Origin: a bacterium
Lineage (GTDB): Bacteria; JADJOY01
Length of the DNA: 48,155 nucleotides
Assembly: GCA_046331705.1 (NCBI GenBank)
Contig: JAXLQJ010000055.1
Coordinates: 1 to 48,155 of the forward strand
Direction: 5' to 3'
The notes beneath the pieces were generated by a model, which had not been told where the DNA came from, ran no database searches, and saw only the letters and a list, made by a program, of their open reading frames with translations. Numbering within the stretch: the stretch's first letter is position 1; every line of letters starts with the position of its first letter. The position numbers and the translations under genes are program-made. Positions 1-9,368 of the stretch are shown here, piece by piece.

Positions 1-1
1 A

Positions 2-418
2 GGGCGGATGTTCGCGGACGAAGCGGAAGTGCTGGCCGGCAGCGGCAAATGCCTGACGGGCGTGTGCATGATGGGGCTCACCCTCGACGAGGTCGCCGAG
101 GTCGCGCGCCTGCACACGGCCGCTTCCGTCACCGTGCTGCGCGACCTCACACCGGCGCAGTTCGCGGAGCACGTGAGGCAGAGCAACGACCCCGCGCGTC
201 GCTACGCGGTCAACTTCACGCGCAAGGTGATCTTCGGCGCCGGCGGCGGCCACCACTCGCCGCTCGGGGGCTACCTCGAGCCGGAAGGCCTGGTCTTCGT
301 CCTCGACGTGAACCGTGATTTCGGGCCCTGGCTGATCGAGCGCGAGCGGCTCTACGCCGCGATGGACACGTTGGACGACACGAGCCAGCGCAAGCGCGGG
401 TTGCTGCTCGTCGAATGA
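2..418 (+). CDS. Phytochelatin synthase family protein (papain-like), 5' end outside window
   Basis: Motifs GLTLDE, VNFTRK, GGGHHSPLGGY (catalytic His), VLDVN (catalytic Asp), PWLIERERLYAAM, RGLLLV. The frame is open to the window edge and the catalytic Cys region is not visible. Confidence 0.8.
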   Translation, partial: GRMFADEAEVLAGSGKCLTGVCMMGLTLDEVAEVARLHTAASVTVLRDLTPAQFAEHVRQSNDPARRYAVNFTRKVIFGAGGGHHSPLGGYLEPEGLVFVLDVNRDFGPWLIERERLYAAMDTLDDTSQRKRGLLLVE

Positions 419-608
419 GCGCGGCGCGGGGCAGGGCTGCGCTCGCCGGCCGCGGGCCTGCCGAGGCAGGGGGACCGCGGTGGTGGTCCGCCGAACGGCG
501 CGGGGAGGGACTCGACGAGCTCTAGGCTCGCGGAGTCGAGGACGGTGGCGCCGATCGCGAGCGCCCACGCGAACCGCATCCAGCGCGCGGCTCGCGGGCG
601 CGTGTGCG

Positions 609-2408
609 TCATGGCCCGTCGACCGCGGGTGAACCGATCCGCGCGAGGTCGATCTCGACGAGCCCGCACGGGGACGTGAAATAGCCGCGTTGCGCCTGCG
701 GGTCGATGGCAACGCCGCGTGCCGGCCCGCCCGCCTCGAGAAGCCGCTGCGCGCCGGAGCCGAGGTCTCGCACCAGCACGTCGGCCTCGTGGAAGGACCC
801 GGCCATCACGATCTGGCGCTGGGGGTCGAGGGCGATCTCGCGCACGCCGAACGGCGCCGCCAGCTGGCGCACGAGCGCCAAGCTCGTGGAGTCGCGCACG
901 TCGATGCGCGAGAGCAGCGGCCGGCCCAAGTAGAGCAGCCCGCGACGCTCGTCGAGCGCCATGCCGCTCACCACGCGGCCCACGTCCGCGATGGGCTCGA
1001 GCGAGGTGCTCGTGGGCGTGAGCGCCCAGAGCGCGCGACCGAAGCGCGTGTTGCTGAACAGCACGCGCCCGGAGCGAGGCTCGAAGATCGATTGCCAGAA
1101 GAAGACCCGTGGCTGCCGCAGCACGCGCGCGGCACCGCTCGCCGCCTCCACGATCGCGAGGTTCTCGCGCCAGTCGGGAGTGACGACGATCGCGTCCTGC
1201 GGCGGCACGAAGGTGGCCACCGTCGCCGAATGAAAGCCGGGAATCGGGAATGCCCGGGTCGCGCGCGTCGCGAGATCGATCTCCCAGAGCGCCGGGCAAT
1301 CGGGCCGCTCGTCGGGAAGGCAGGCGTTGGTGACGTAGACGCGCTCGCGGCGCGGATCGTACGCGAGGCCGGTGAGCGCCGGATCGCGAGGAGGGTGCAG
1401 GGGCGCAGGCGGCGTGAGGAGGAGCGTTTCGACCGTGCCGCGCTCCAGGTCCACCAGCGCCAGACGCGGGTCCCAGGCCAGGCTCAAGACCGCGAGCTGG
1501 CGCTCGGGTATGACCAGCACGTCGTAGAACTTGACGAAGGCGAGGCCTTGCGCGGGCCCGAACACCCGCAACACCCCCGGTTGGCGCGCGACCTCGGCGC
1601 ACGCGATCGGCGCGCGCGGTCCGAAGTCGAGATCGTCGAACTCGCCGCGGTGCACGAAGAGCACGGGAACGAGCGCGGCCGTGCCGACCACCACTCGCGC
1701 CGCGGCGGCAGGAATGCCGCCCATCCGGTGCGCGCCAGTGGCGAGCCACGCGAGCAGCAAGAGGCTCCGCGCGGCGATCGGCCCGGGTTCGACGAGGGCG
1801 AGCGCGACCAGCAGCAAGCGGAGCGCTTCGGCGCCGAGCCAGACGATCGCGCAGCGCGCGATCCCATGGGGAAGTCTCCGCGTCGCGAGTCGCGAAGCGA
1901 TGCGGGCGAACGCGCTCGCGAGGCCGAGCGCGGCGATCGCCGCCACGGCCATCGCCGCGAGCACGCGCCCGGGAGTGTGGGCCAAGGCCATCGCGCCGAA
2001 CGCGAGGGCTGCGGCCAGCAGCAGCGCGAGCATCGCGAGCTCGCTAGAGTCGCGGAGGCGGAGCGCCGCGCCCGCGAGTGCGGGTCGAATGCCGTCGCGG
2101 GTGGCTCGCCGAGCGAAACGCACCAGGCCGACCGCGAACACCACGGCCCCGACCCCGGCTGCGAGGGATCCGACCCAGCTGGGGACCAGCACACCGTAGA
2201 ACCCCCAAGAGGCGAACGGTACGATCGCCCACGCCCACAGGTTCTCGCGCACGAGTGGCGGTGCGACGCCGAACGCAACCGCCGTCGCGGTCGCGAGCCA
2301 GAGCAGCGTGGCGCCGGCGCCAGCGAGCCACGCGACCTCGACGACGCGACGTGGAGTCGCCCGCGACGAGAGCCCGCGTGCGTTGCTCTTGGATGGGGCG
2401 ATCTGCAT
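609..2408 (-). CDS. Membrane protein with several N-terminal TM helices and a C-terminal beta-propeller-like domain
   Basis: Hydrophobic N-terminal half; C-terminal repeats GLAYDPRRERVYVT, GMALDERRGLLYLG, EIALDPQRQIV, GVAIDPQAQRGYFT. Start uncertain (2408 or 2471). Confidence 0.6.
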   Translation of the reverse strand: MQIAPSKSNARGLSSRATPRRVVEVAWLAGAGATLLWLATATAVAFGVAPPLVRENLWAWAIVPFASWGFYGVLVPSWVGSLAAGVGAVVFAVGLVRFARRATRDGIRPALAGAALRLRDSSELAMLALLLAAALAFGAMALAHTPGRVLAAMAVAAIAALGLASAFARIASRLATRRLPHGIARCAIVWLGAEALRLLLVALALVEPGPIAARSLLLLAWLATGAHRMGGIPAAAARVVVGTAALVPVLFVHRGEFDDLDFGPRAPIACAEVARQPGVLRVFGPAQGLAFVKFYDVLVIPERQLAVLSLAWDPRLALVDLERGTVETLLLTPPAPLHPPRDPALTGLAYDPRRERVYVTNACLPDERPDCPALWEIDLATRATRAFPIPGFHSATVATFVPPQDAIVVTPDWRENLAIVEAASGAARVLRQPRVFFWQSIFEPRSGRVLFSNTRFGRALWALTPTSTSLEPIADVGRVVSGMALDERRGLLYLGRPLLSRIDVRDSTSLALVRQLAAPFGVREIALDPQRQIVMAGSFHEADVLVRDLGSGAQRLLEAGGPARGVAIDPQAQRGYFTSPCGLVEIDLARIGSPAVDGP

Positions 2409-2635
2409 CCGATCGAGTCGAGGCGTGCCGTCGCGCCGCGTGCAGCGGAGAGGGTCGCGCGAGCCGCGCACGCTCTACGCCATGGATCGGCTGCGCGGCA
2501 ACGGTCCGGAGGGGCGCGGCGGGGCGCCGTCGGGTAGCAGGCCGAGGATGCTGGCGCCGCGCCGCCGCGCGGCGGCCTGCTACGCTTCGCGCCCGGCGGT
2601 GCGGGCACGCCGCGTCGCGAGTCGGAGGAACGGAC

Positions 2636-3037
2636 ATGGCGCTCGATACCGTGAGCCAGTGGCATGCGCTCGTCGCGAGGCGCGATCCGGATGCGCTCGA
2701 CGATCTGCTCGCCGACGACGTGGTCTTCCACTCCCCGATCGTGCACACGCCGCAGCGGGGCAAGGCGCTCACACGGCTCTATCTCACCGCCGCGTTCCAC
2801 GTGCTCGTGGAGAACGAGTTCCGCTACGTGCGCGAGGTGGTGGGCGAGCGGGACGCGGTCCTCGAGTTCACGGCCACCGTCGACGGCATCCACGTCAACG
2901 GCGTCGACATGATCCACTGGAACGCGGAAGGTCGCATCGACGACTTCAAGGTGATGCTCCGACCGCTCAAGGCCGTGAATCTCTTGCACTCGCTCATGCG
3001 CTCGATGCTCGATCAGCTGGCGGCGTCGAGCGCCTGA
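2636..3037 (+). CDS. SnoaL-like / NTF2-family protein
   Basis: GGAGG RBS before ATG 2636; LADDVVFHSP, VLEF, VNGVDMIHWN..GRIDDFKVMLRP typical of the family. Confidence 0.85.
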   Translation: MALDTVSQWHALVARRDPDALDDLLADDVVFHSPIVHTPQRGKALTRLYLTAAFHVLVENEFRYVREVVGERDAVLEFTATVDGIHVNGVDMIHWNAEGRIDDFKVMLRPLKAVNLLHSLMRSMLDQLAASSA

Positions 3038-3076
3038 GCGGCCGCGCGCCGGCGCGGGGGCGCGAAGTCCAGCGGC

Positions 3077-4009
3077 TCAGCGCTCCGCGGCGGCGGCGAG
3101 CGGCGAGCCCGAGGCGGGTGCGGGCTGCGTCGCGATCGCCCGCCACCGGAACGGCACCGTGAGCTGTCCCCGATAGTCCTCGGGGAAGGCCGGCATGCCG
3201 CCGATGCCGATCGCATCCGGTGCGCGGCGATCGGCGGGCCAGAACATCGTGCCGAAGAGCACGTCCCAGATCATCAGGTTCGAGCCGTAGTTGCTGTTGG
3301 CTTCCGTCACCACCGTCGAATGATGCCAGCGATGCACCTCCAGCACGCTGAACAGGTAGTTGAGCGGGCCGAGCCGGATGTCGATGTTGGCGTGCTGGAA
3401 GAGCCCGACCACCGCGTTGAAGAGCGCGAGCAGCGCGAACTGCTCGGGCGGTGCGCCCAGGAGAACCAGCGGCAACGCCGAGGGCACGTAGAGCAAGATC
3501 ACGCCGAGCGGGTTGTCGCGTGCGGCGTTGAGCCAGTAGAGGCGCGTGGGGCTGTGGTGCACCGAGTGCAGCCGCCAGCCGAGCTCGGTTTCATGGCCGA
3601 AGCGGTGCGCCCAATACGCGCCCAGCTCGGACAACGTGAACGCGAGCGCGCTCTGTGCGAGCAGGGACGCGTGATTCGGCCAGAGCGCCACGGCGAGCAC
3701 GCGCGTGATGGCGGCGGCGAACGGGGCGAGCACGGCGATCAGCGCCGCCTGGCAGAGCTGCGCGGTGACGATCGTCGAGAGTAGGTTGTGGAGGATGTCC
3801 ACGCCGACGTCGCCCCGCGCTCGATTCCAGTCGGGGTCGAAGGGAAGCCAGCGCTCGAGCGCCGCCACCAGCAGCACGCTCGCGAGCACCAGCGCGATCA
3901 CCACCGGCATCAGCGCCACGCCGCGCTCGATCGCGAGGAGCGCGAGCCCGTGGGTCGTCAGGAACGTGAGCGGGAACACCGTGACGGCGACGATCGGGCG
4001 GAGCTTCAC
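3077..4009 (-). CDS. Sterol desaturase / fatty acid hydroxylase family membrane protein
   Basis: His boxes YWAHRFGH, LHSVHHS, FQHAN, HRWHHS and NYG..IWD.LFGT. GTG start overlaps the regulator stop (GTGA) with an AGGAG RBS. Confidence 0.88.
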   Translation of the reverse strand: MKLRPIVAVTVFPLTFLTTHGLALLAIERGVALMPVVIALVLASVLLVAALERWLPFDPDWNRARGDVGVDILHNLLSTIVTAQLCQAALIAVLAPFAAAITRVLAVALWPNHASLLAQSALAFTLSELGAYWAHRFGHETELGWRLHSVHHSPTRLYWLNAARDNPLGVILLYVPSALPLVLLGAPPEQFALLALFNAVVGLFQHANIDIRLGPLNYLFSVLEVHRWHHSTVVTEANSNYGSNLMIWDVLFGTMFWPADRRAPDAIGIGGMPAFPEDYRGQLTVPFRWRAIATQPAPASGSPLAAAAER

Positions 4010-4836
4010 GTCGATCTCCTTCGCGCGGGTACGCGGCGCGCAGGCGGGCGCCGAGTGCGCGCACGGCGCGGCGCGGGCGGCGAGGTCCCGATGCCCAGGC
4101 GGGCGAGCAGGGCGCGGTCCTGCGCGCCGAAATGCTCCGCGACGATGCGCCGCGCCGCCGCCGCGTCGCCGCGTTCGAGGGCATCGCAGAGCGCGAGGTG
4201 GACGGACACGTAGTCGGGCCGGACCGGTAGGTCCGCGCCCAACGGGCGCACCGCCTCGACGTAGATGGCGGTGAGATCGTTGACCAGCCACACGTCCGCG
4301 ACTAGACCGGCCGCCTCCAGGATGGCGCGGGCCATCGCGAAGTCCGCCTGCGCGAAGCGCGCGGCGTCGTGCCGCTCGCGCCACGCTTGATCCACCGCCC
4401 TGCGCGCGGCAGCGAGATCGCCTGGGACGAGCCGCGTCGCCGCGCGCTCGAGTGCGTCGGCGGTGACGGCGCGCCGCAGCGCGAGCACGTCGCCGAGCAC
4501 CTCGGCGTGCCGCGGGAAGACGGGATTGGCGGCGCCGTGGTGGAGGAACGCGGGCAACACCGCGAGCGACCACTCGCGCCATGGCCTCACGACGGCGCCC
4601 GAGCCGCGGTGCACCGCGATCACGCCGCGAGCGGCGAGCCGAGCGAGGGCCGCGCGCAGCGTCACGCGGCTGGTGGCGAAGCGCGCGACCAGCTGCCGTT
4701 CGGCAGGAAGCCGTGCGCCGGGGCCGTGAACGCCGCCGACGATCTCGGCGAGCAGCGTCGCGGCGATCGTGCTGGCGAAGGCCGCTTCGCCGGGTTCGCC
4801 GACGGGGGGCGCCTCGAGAGATTGCGCGCGTGGCAT
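4006..4836 (-). CDS. GntR/FadR family transcriptional regulator
   Basis: N-terminal wHTH PGARLPAERQLVARFATSRVTLRAAL..L...G......GSG, followed by a helical FCD-like C-domain. Confidence 0.88.
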   Translation of the reverse strand: MPRAQSLEAPPVGEPGEAAFASTIAATLLAEIVGGVHGPGARLPAERQLVARFATSRVTLRAALARLAARGVIAVHRGSGAVVRPWREWSLAVLPAFLHHGAANPVFPRHAEVLGDVLALRRAVTADALERAATRLVPGDLAAARRAVDQAWRERHDAARFAQADFAMARAILEAAGLVADVWLVNDLTAIYVEAVRPLGADLPVRPDYVSVHLALCDALERGDAAAARRIVAEHFGAQDRALLARLGIGTSPPAPRRARTRRPPARRVPARRRST

Positions 4837-4864
4837 GTGGATAGTCCAATTGGACTATCCAATT
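4835..4864. promoter_or_regulatory. Double FadR-type operator immediately upstream of the regulator start
   Basis: Perfect 24-bp palindrome TGGATAGTCCAATTGGACTATCCA (4838-4861) overlapping the 17-bp dyad AATTGGA-CTA-TCCAATT (4848-4864). Resembles PdhR/LldR-type AATTGGTnnnACCAATT boxes. Confidence 0.8.
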
Positions 4865-5132
4865 CTGGTCGGCCTGCTGCTGCGAGTCAACCCGCGGCCA
4901 TCGACTTCGAGCGCATCGGGTGCATCGCCCGCTCACCCGCCGGGCAGCGTCCGTGGGCAGCGTCCGCGCGTCCGTGGGCGCGTCCGTGGGACTTCCGGGA
5001 CGGAGCGCGCGGGGCTACTCTGCGCCCTTCGTCGCCGCGCCGGCGAGGCCCGCCCGAGCCCGTGGGCGTCGTCCGCGGCGGCATCGCTTGCCGGTGCGCC
5101 GCGCGGGTCGTCGCGTGCCGGAGGAACCGTAC

Positions 5133-6158
5133 GTGCCCACCACCGCACCCGTCATCGAATGCCGCGGAGTCGGCAAGCACTACCGGACCCAGGTCCGCGG
5201 CGAGGGCGCGTTCGGCATCCTGCGCGGCTTCTTCGGCAGACGGGTGCGCGAGCACGTCGCGCTCACGAACATCGAGCTGGTGGTGGGGGCCGGCGAGCTG
5301 ATCGGGCTCATCGGGGCGAACGGTGCCGGCAAGACCACGCTCGTGAAATGCCTGACCGGCATCGTGCCGGTGAGCCAGGGGCGCTGCACGCTCTTCGGCC
5401 GCGATGCCTTCCACCTGACTCGCGCCGAGAAGCGGCGCCTCTCGCTGGTGATGGGGCAGCGCTCGCAGCTGTGGTGGGACATCCCCGCGATCGATTCCTT
5501 CCGGTTGCTGCGGGAGATCTATCAGGTCGACGCGCGGCGCTTCGACGAGCGCGTGCGGGAGCAGGCGGAGCGCCTGGGCGTCACGGATCGCCTGCAGGTC
5601 CAGCTCCGCCAGCTCTCGCTCGGCGAACGCATGAAGATGGAGATCATCGGCGCGTTCCTCCACGATCCGGACGTGGTCTTCCTCGACGAGCCCACGATCG
5701 GGCTCGACCTCTTGTCGCAGGAGGTCATCCGTTCGTTCTTGCGGGACGTGAACCGGGAGCGCGGCACCACCGTCATCCTCACCTCGCACGACATGGCCGA
5801 CATCGAGGAGACCTGCGATCGCCTGGTGATCCTGGAGGGTGGCCGCGTGCTCTTCGACGGGGATCTGGTCGATCTGCGTCGTCGCTTCGTCGGCAGGCGC
5901 GCGGTGGAGGTGCACCTCGAGCCGGGCTCGCGGCCGTGGTCGGTGGAGCTGGCTGGCGATCTCGCTCGCCACGGGGCATCGCTGGTGCGCGAAGCGCCGC
6001 GGGCGCTCACGTTCGAGGTCCCGGCGGAGAACTGCCAGCGATTCATCCAGCATCTCTTCGATCTCTTCCAGGTCCGCGATCTGGCCGTCGAGCGCCAGCC
6101 GCTCGAGAACCTGATCCGCGAGATCTTCCGCTCCGGCGAGCTCGAGCGGCAGCCATGA
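5133..6158 (+). CDS. ABC-2 type transporter ATP-binding protein
   Basis: Walker A GANGAGKTT, GQRSQLWWD, signature LSLGERMK, Walker B VFLDEPTIGLD, TSHD. GTG start with GGAGG RBS. Confidence 0.92.
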   Translation: MPTTAPVIECRGVGKHYRTQVRGEGAFGILRGFFGRRVREHVALTNIELVVGAGELIGLIGANGAGKTTLVKCLTGIVPVSQGRCTLFGRDAFHLTRAEKRRLSLVMGQRSQLWWDIPAIDSFRLLREIYQVDARRFDERVREQAERLGVTDRLQVQLRQLSLGERMKMEIIGAFLHDPDVVFLDEPTIGLDLLSQEVIRSFLRDVNRERGTTVILTSHDMADIEETCDRLVILEGGRVLFDGDLVDLRRRFVGRRAVEVHLEPGSRPWSVELAGDLARHGASLVREAPRALTFEVPAENCQRFIQHLFDLFQVRDLAVERQPLENLIREIFRSGELERQP

Positions 6159-6991
6159 ACGCGCGCGTCGCGCTGCGCGGAGCGCTGGGCGAGGAGCTCG
6201 GGCTCCTGCCGCACGTCGTCGCCTACGAGTGGCGCAAGGCGACGGCGTTCGCGTGGATTTCCGCAGGGCGAGATCCTGCGCGGCCTGCCGCGGCCCGGCG
6301 GTGATGGCGGTCGTCTACCTGGCGATGTTCGAAGCGCGGGTGCCGAGCAGGATCGCGGCCACGTACGTGGCGCTCGTGCACTTCCTGGTGTGGACGGCGG
6401 CGATCCAGAAATGTTTGCCCGACTGGCGGGCCTGGACCTCGCGGAGCCAGATCTTCGACAGCCGTGACCAGTATCCTGGTCATGCCGGTGAGCTACTTCA
6501 CGCTGCTGTGGGCCTTCCTCCAGTCGATCGCGGTGCAGCTCTTCACGACGCGCTCTTCTGGGCGGTGGGCGCGCTCCTCGCCGGCCTGGTGGCCGCGTCC
6601 CGCGAGCAGGCTGGCGCTGCTCAGGGGCGTCCCCGCTGCTCTCGATGGGCGCCGCCTGCTACCTGCTCACGTACTTCGTCCTGAACGCGCTGGCGGTCCT
6701 GGCGGACATGGTGTCCAGGTCCTGCTCAACATGTTCCAGTTCGTGGCGGGGTTCGTCTCGGGGCTGCTGGTGCCGGTGGCGCTCATGCCGGCGGCGGTGC
6801 GCGACCTGTTCGCGCTGCTCTTCCCGTACTGGACGATCAACGCGCCGGTCGAGCTCTTGTTGGGTCGACTCGGTCACGCCGATTTCCTGCGCGGGCTGGC
6901 GGTGATGACCGTCTCGCTCGCGGCGCTCGAGCTGCTCGCCGTCTTCACGTGGCGGCGCGGGCTCGGACGCTACGCGGGAGTCGGCACGTGA
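6155..6991 (+). pseudogene. ABC-2 family (DUF990-type) permease, multiply frameshifted
   Basis: ATGA overlap with the ATPase and GTGA overlap with the next permease. Permease-like segments are spread over all three frames (YEWRKATAF / VVYLAMF / LVMPVSYF / YLLTYFVLN / FVSGLLVPVALMP...WRRGLGRYAGVG). Confidence 0.7.
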
Positions 6992-7788
6992 ACGGCTCGG
7001 CGTTGCTCCAGCACCTGCGCATCGCGTGGCAATACGCGCGGATCGGCGTGATCCGGAAATCCCAGTTCCAGGTCGAGTTCTGGAGCCAGGTGATCATGGA
7101 CTGTTGCTGGTACGCCTCGCACGTGGCCGTGTTCGAGGTCCTCTACACGCACGTCGATTCCATCGCCGGTTGGGACCGCAACGCGTTTCGCGTCTTGCTC
7201 GCGTTCCTGTTCGTGTCCGACGCCTTCATGATGATCTGGCTCGGGCAGATGTGGCGGTTCTGGCGCGACCTCAAGGACGGCCGCCTCGACTCGTTCCGGG
7301 TTCGACCGGCCTCGACGCTCTTTCTCTACGGGTTCCAGCAGTTCTCGATCGAGGGCTGCGTCAACTTGATGGTGGCGGTCGGGTACCTGGCGTTCGCCGT
7401 GGCCCGCGCGCGCGCCGAGATCACGCTCGGCGTGGTGGCGGTCACGGTCGTGGCGATCGCGCTGTCGTGGTGGGTGCGCACCGTGATCGTGACGCTCTAC
7501 GGCATCGTGGATCTGTGGCTCTTGGGCTCGGGGGCGAGCCAGTTCCTGCACGAGCTCTTGCACGCCACCGCCGATCGTCCCGCCGACGTCTTCGGCGCCC
7601 GCATCCGCACGTTCCTGCTCTACGTGCTGCCGGTCGGCGCGCTGACGCAGGTCCCGGCGAGCATGGTGCTCGGCCATTACACGCTGGTGTCGGCGTGTGC
7701 GGCGAGCGCCTGGCTGATCGTCGTCGGGATCGCCGTCATCTCCGCCTGGAACGCGAGCTTTCGCCGCTACGAGTCCGCGATGGGCTGA
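6988..7788 (+). CDS. ABC-2 family (DUF990-type) transporter permease
   Basis: IAGW, GRLDSFRVRP, P.DVF, LP...PA, RRYES motifs; about 6 TM segments; GTG start coupled to the upstream gene. Confidence 0.85.
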   Translation: MNGSALLQHLRIAWQYARIGVIRKSQFQVEFWSQVIMDCCWYASHVAVFEVLYTHVDSIAGWDRNAFRVLLAFLFVSDAFMMIWLGQMWRFWRDLKDGRLDSFRVRPASTLFLYGFQQFSIEGCVNLMVAVGYLAFAVARARAEITLGVVAVTVVAIALSWWVRTVIVTLYGIVDLWLLGSGASQFLHELLHATADRPADVFGARIRTFLLYVLPVGALTQVPASMVLGHYTLVSACAASAWLIVVGIAVISAWNASFRRYESAMG

Positions 7789-7913
7789 CCGCTCGGGCGC
7801 GCCCGGACGCGCCGGCGCGCTCGCTCGGCGCGGGTCGCGACGCGCCGAGGGCTCGTCCCTCCCGTCGTGCCGCACTGGAACGAGCCTGAAGCGATCGCTC
7901 CCGGGCGGACGCC

Positions 7914-8786
7914 TCAATCGATGGCTTGGATGGTGCGGAACACGAGCTCGCCCAGCGCGCGCTGGCCGTCGTCGTTGGGGTGGATCGTGTCGTCGTTGAT
8001 GAGCTCGTCCGAGCCGCGACGGTACGGCGGGTAATCGCTCGGGCCGCCGTCGAAGATCGCCAAGGTCTCGATGAAGGGTGCTTCCACGCGTCCGGCTTCG
8101 ATGGCCAGGCGGTCCCAATACCCGTCCGGCTCCTGCATCTCGGCGTTGAAGTCGGCGGGAAAGCCCCAGATCGGCCTGCGCACGGGCTCGCGCGCCGGCG
8201 GCGGCACGATCACCACGAGCTGCGTTCGTCGTCCGTCGGCGTTGGGCCGCGAGCGCAGCCAGCCGAAGATGTCCGCGAGGTTCTGCTGATACTCGCTCGG
8301 CGACGCTTGGTCGGTGGGGATGCGACGGGTGTCGTTGTGGCCGAGCAGGAAGAACACGAGGTCGATGGTGGGGTAGGCGTCGAGGGCGCTGCGCTTCGAC
8401 CCGGCGGCGGCGTCGTCGAGCCAGAGCTCGCGGGTGGAAAGCCCGCCGGTGCCCTCGTTGTGGATCTCGACGTCGTCACGGCCCACCTCGCGGAGCCGCT
8501 CGGCGAGCACGTCGGGCCACGCGATGCTCGCCGATTCGCCCGCGGTGATCGAGTCGCCGATCGCCACCACGACCGCGCCGGGAATCAGCAGTCCGTCGCC
8601 GGGCGTGGGAACCGGTGTCGGTTCGGGGGTCGGCTCGGGAGTCGGAGTCGGCGTGGGGGTGGGGGTGGGCGTTGGCGTCGGTGTGGGGGCGACCGACGAC
8701 GAGCCACCGCCTCCGCAGCTGGCGGCGAGCCACAGCATCGCGGCCAGCGCGAATCGCCGCGCGCGACGCGGGGATGACGTGCTCAT
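7914..8786 (-). CDS. SGNH/GDSL hydrolase lipoprotein with Pro/Thr linker
   Basis: Lipobox LAASC, (PT)n linker, GDSIT, NEGTGG, LGHND, DTIHPN. Confidence 0.88.
   Translation of the reverse strand: MSTSSPRRARRFALAAMLWLAASCGGGGSSSVAPTPTPTPTPTPTPTPTPEPTPEPTPVPTPGDGLLIPGAVVVAIGDSITAGESASIAWPDVLAERLREVGRDDVEIHNEGTGGLSTRELWLDDAAAGSKRSALDAYPTIDLVFFLLGHNDTRRIPTDQASPSEYQQNLADIFGWLRSRPNADGRRTQLVVIVPPPAREPVRRPIWGFPADFNAEMQEPDGYWDRLAIEAGRVEAPFIETLAIFDGGPSDYPPYRRGSDELINDDTIHPNDDGQRALGELVFRTIQAID
8600..8690 (-). repeat. Low-complexity (Pro-Thr)n coding repeat
   Basis: Encodes PTPTPTPTPTPTPTPTPEPTPEPTPVPTP with varied codons. Confidence 0.85.
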
Positions 8787-8951
8787 GATCCCGGGCAAGT
8801 TGGCGCAACGCGCGCGAGCGGCCAACTCCGAGAGCGCGCCCCCGCTGCGCGCATCAGGCCGCGGTCTGGGTTGCCGCGAAGGCGAATGGCTGGCGATGGT
8901 TGTCGCCGCCGGCGGCCCGGGCGCACGGTCGGTCGCGGCGAGGTGGCGGCG

Positions 8952-9368
8952 ATGGGGATCGCGATCGTACGACTCGGCTCACCGCGCGCGCCGCACGAGG
9001 GCGTTCGGCTCGGCACCGTGCGCAGGCCGCCCCGCGGCGTGCCCAAGGCCGAGTACGCCACGCGCAACTACTACGATGTGTGGCTGCCGGCGCTGTCGCC
9101 GAGCGCGCCGCTGGTTGCGGTGGCGCTCGGCGCGCGCGATGCCCGGTCGTGGGCGAGATTCGAACGGGCATTTCGCGCCGAGATGCGCAAGCCGCACGCG
9201 GCCCAGCTGCTCGACCTGCTGGCGGCGCTGTCGCACACCACGGACCTCGCGCTCGGCTGTTATTGCGCGGACGAGCAGCGCTGCCATCGATCGATCCTGC
9301 GCGCGCTGCTCACGGCACGCGGTGCGCGCGTCGTGGACGCCCCGCTCGATCCGGTGAGCGCGCCCTGA
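8952..9368 (+). CDS. DUF488 family protein
   Basis: VRRPPRGVPK, YDVWLPALSPS, F...FRAEM, GCYCADEQRCHRS. Confidence 0.85.
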   Translation: MGIAIVRLGSPRAPHEGVRLGTVRRPPRGVPKAEYATRNYYDVWLPALSPSAPLVAVALGARDARSWARFERAFRAEMRKPHAAQLLDLLAALSHTTDLALGCYCADEQRCHRSILRALLTARGARVVDAPLDPVSAP

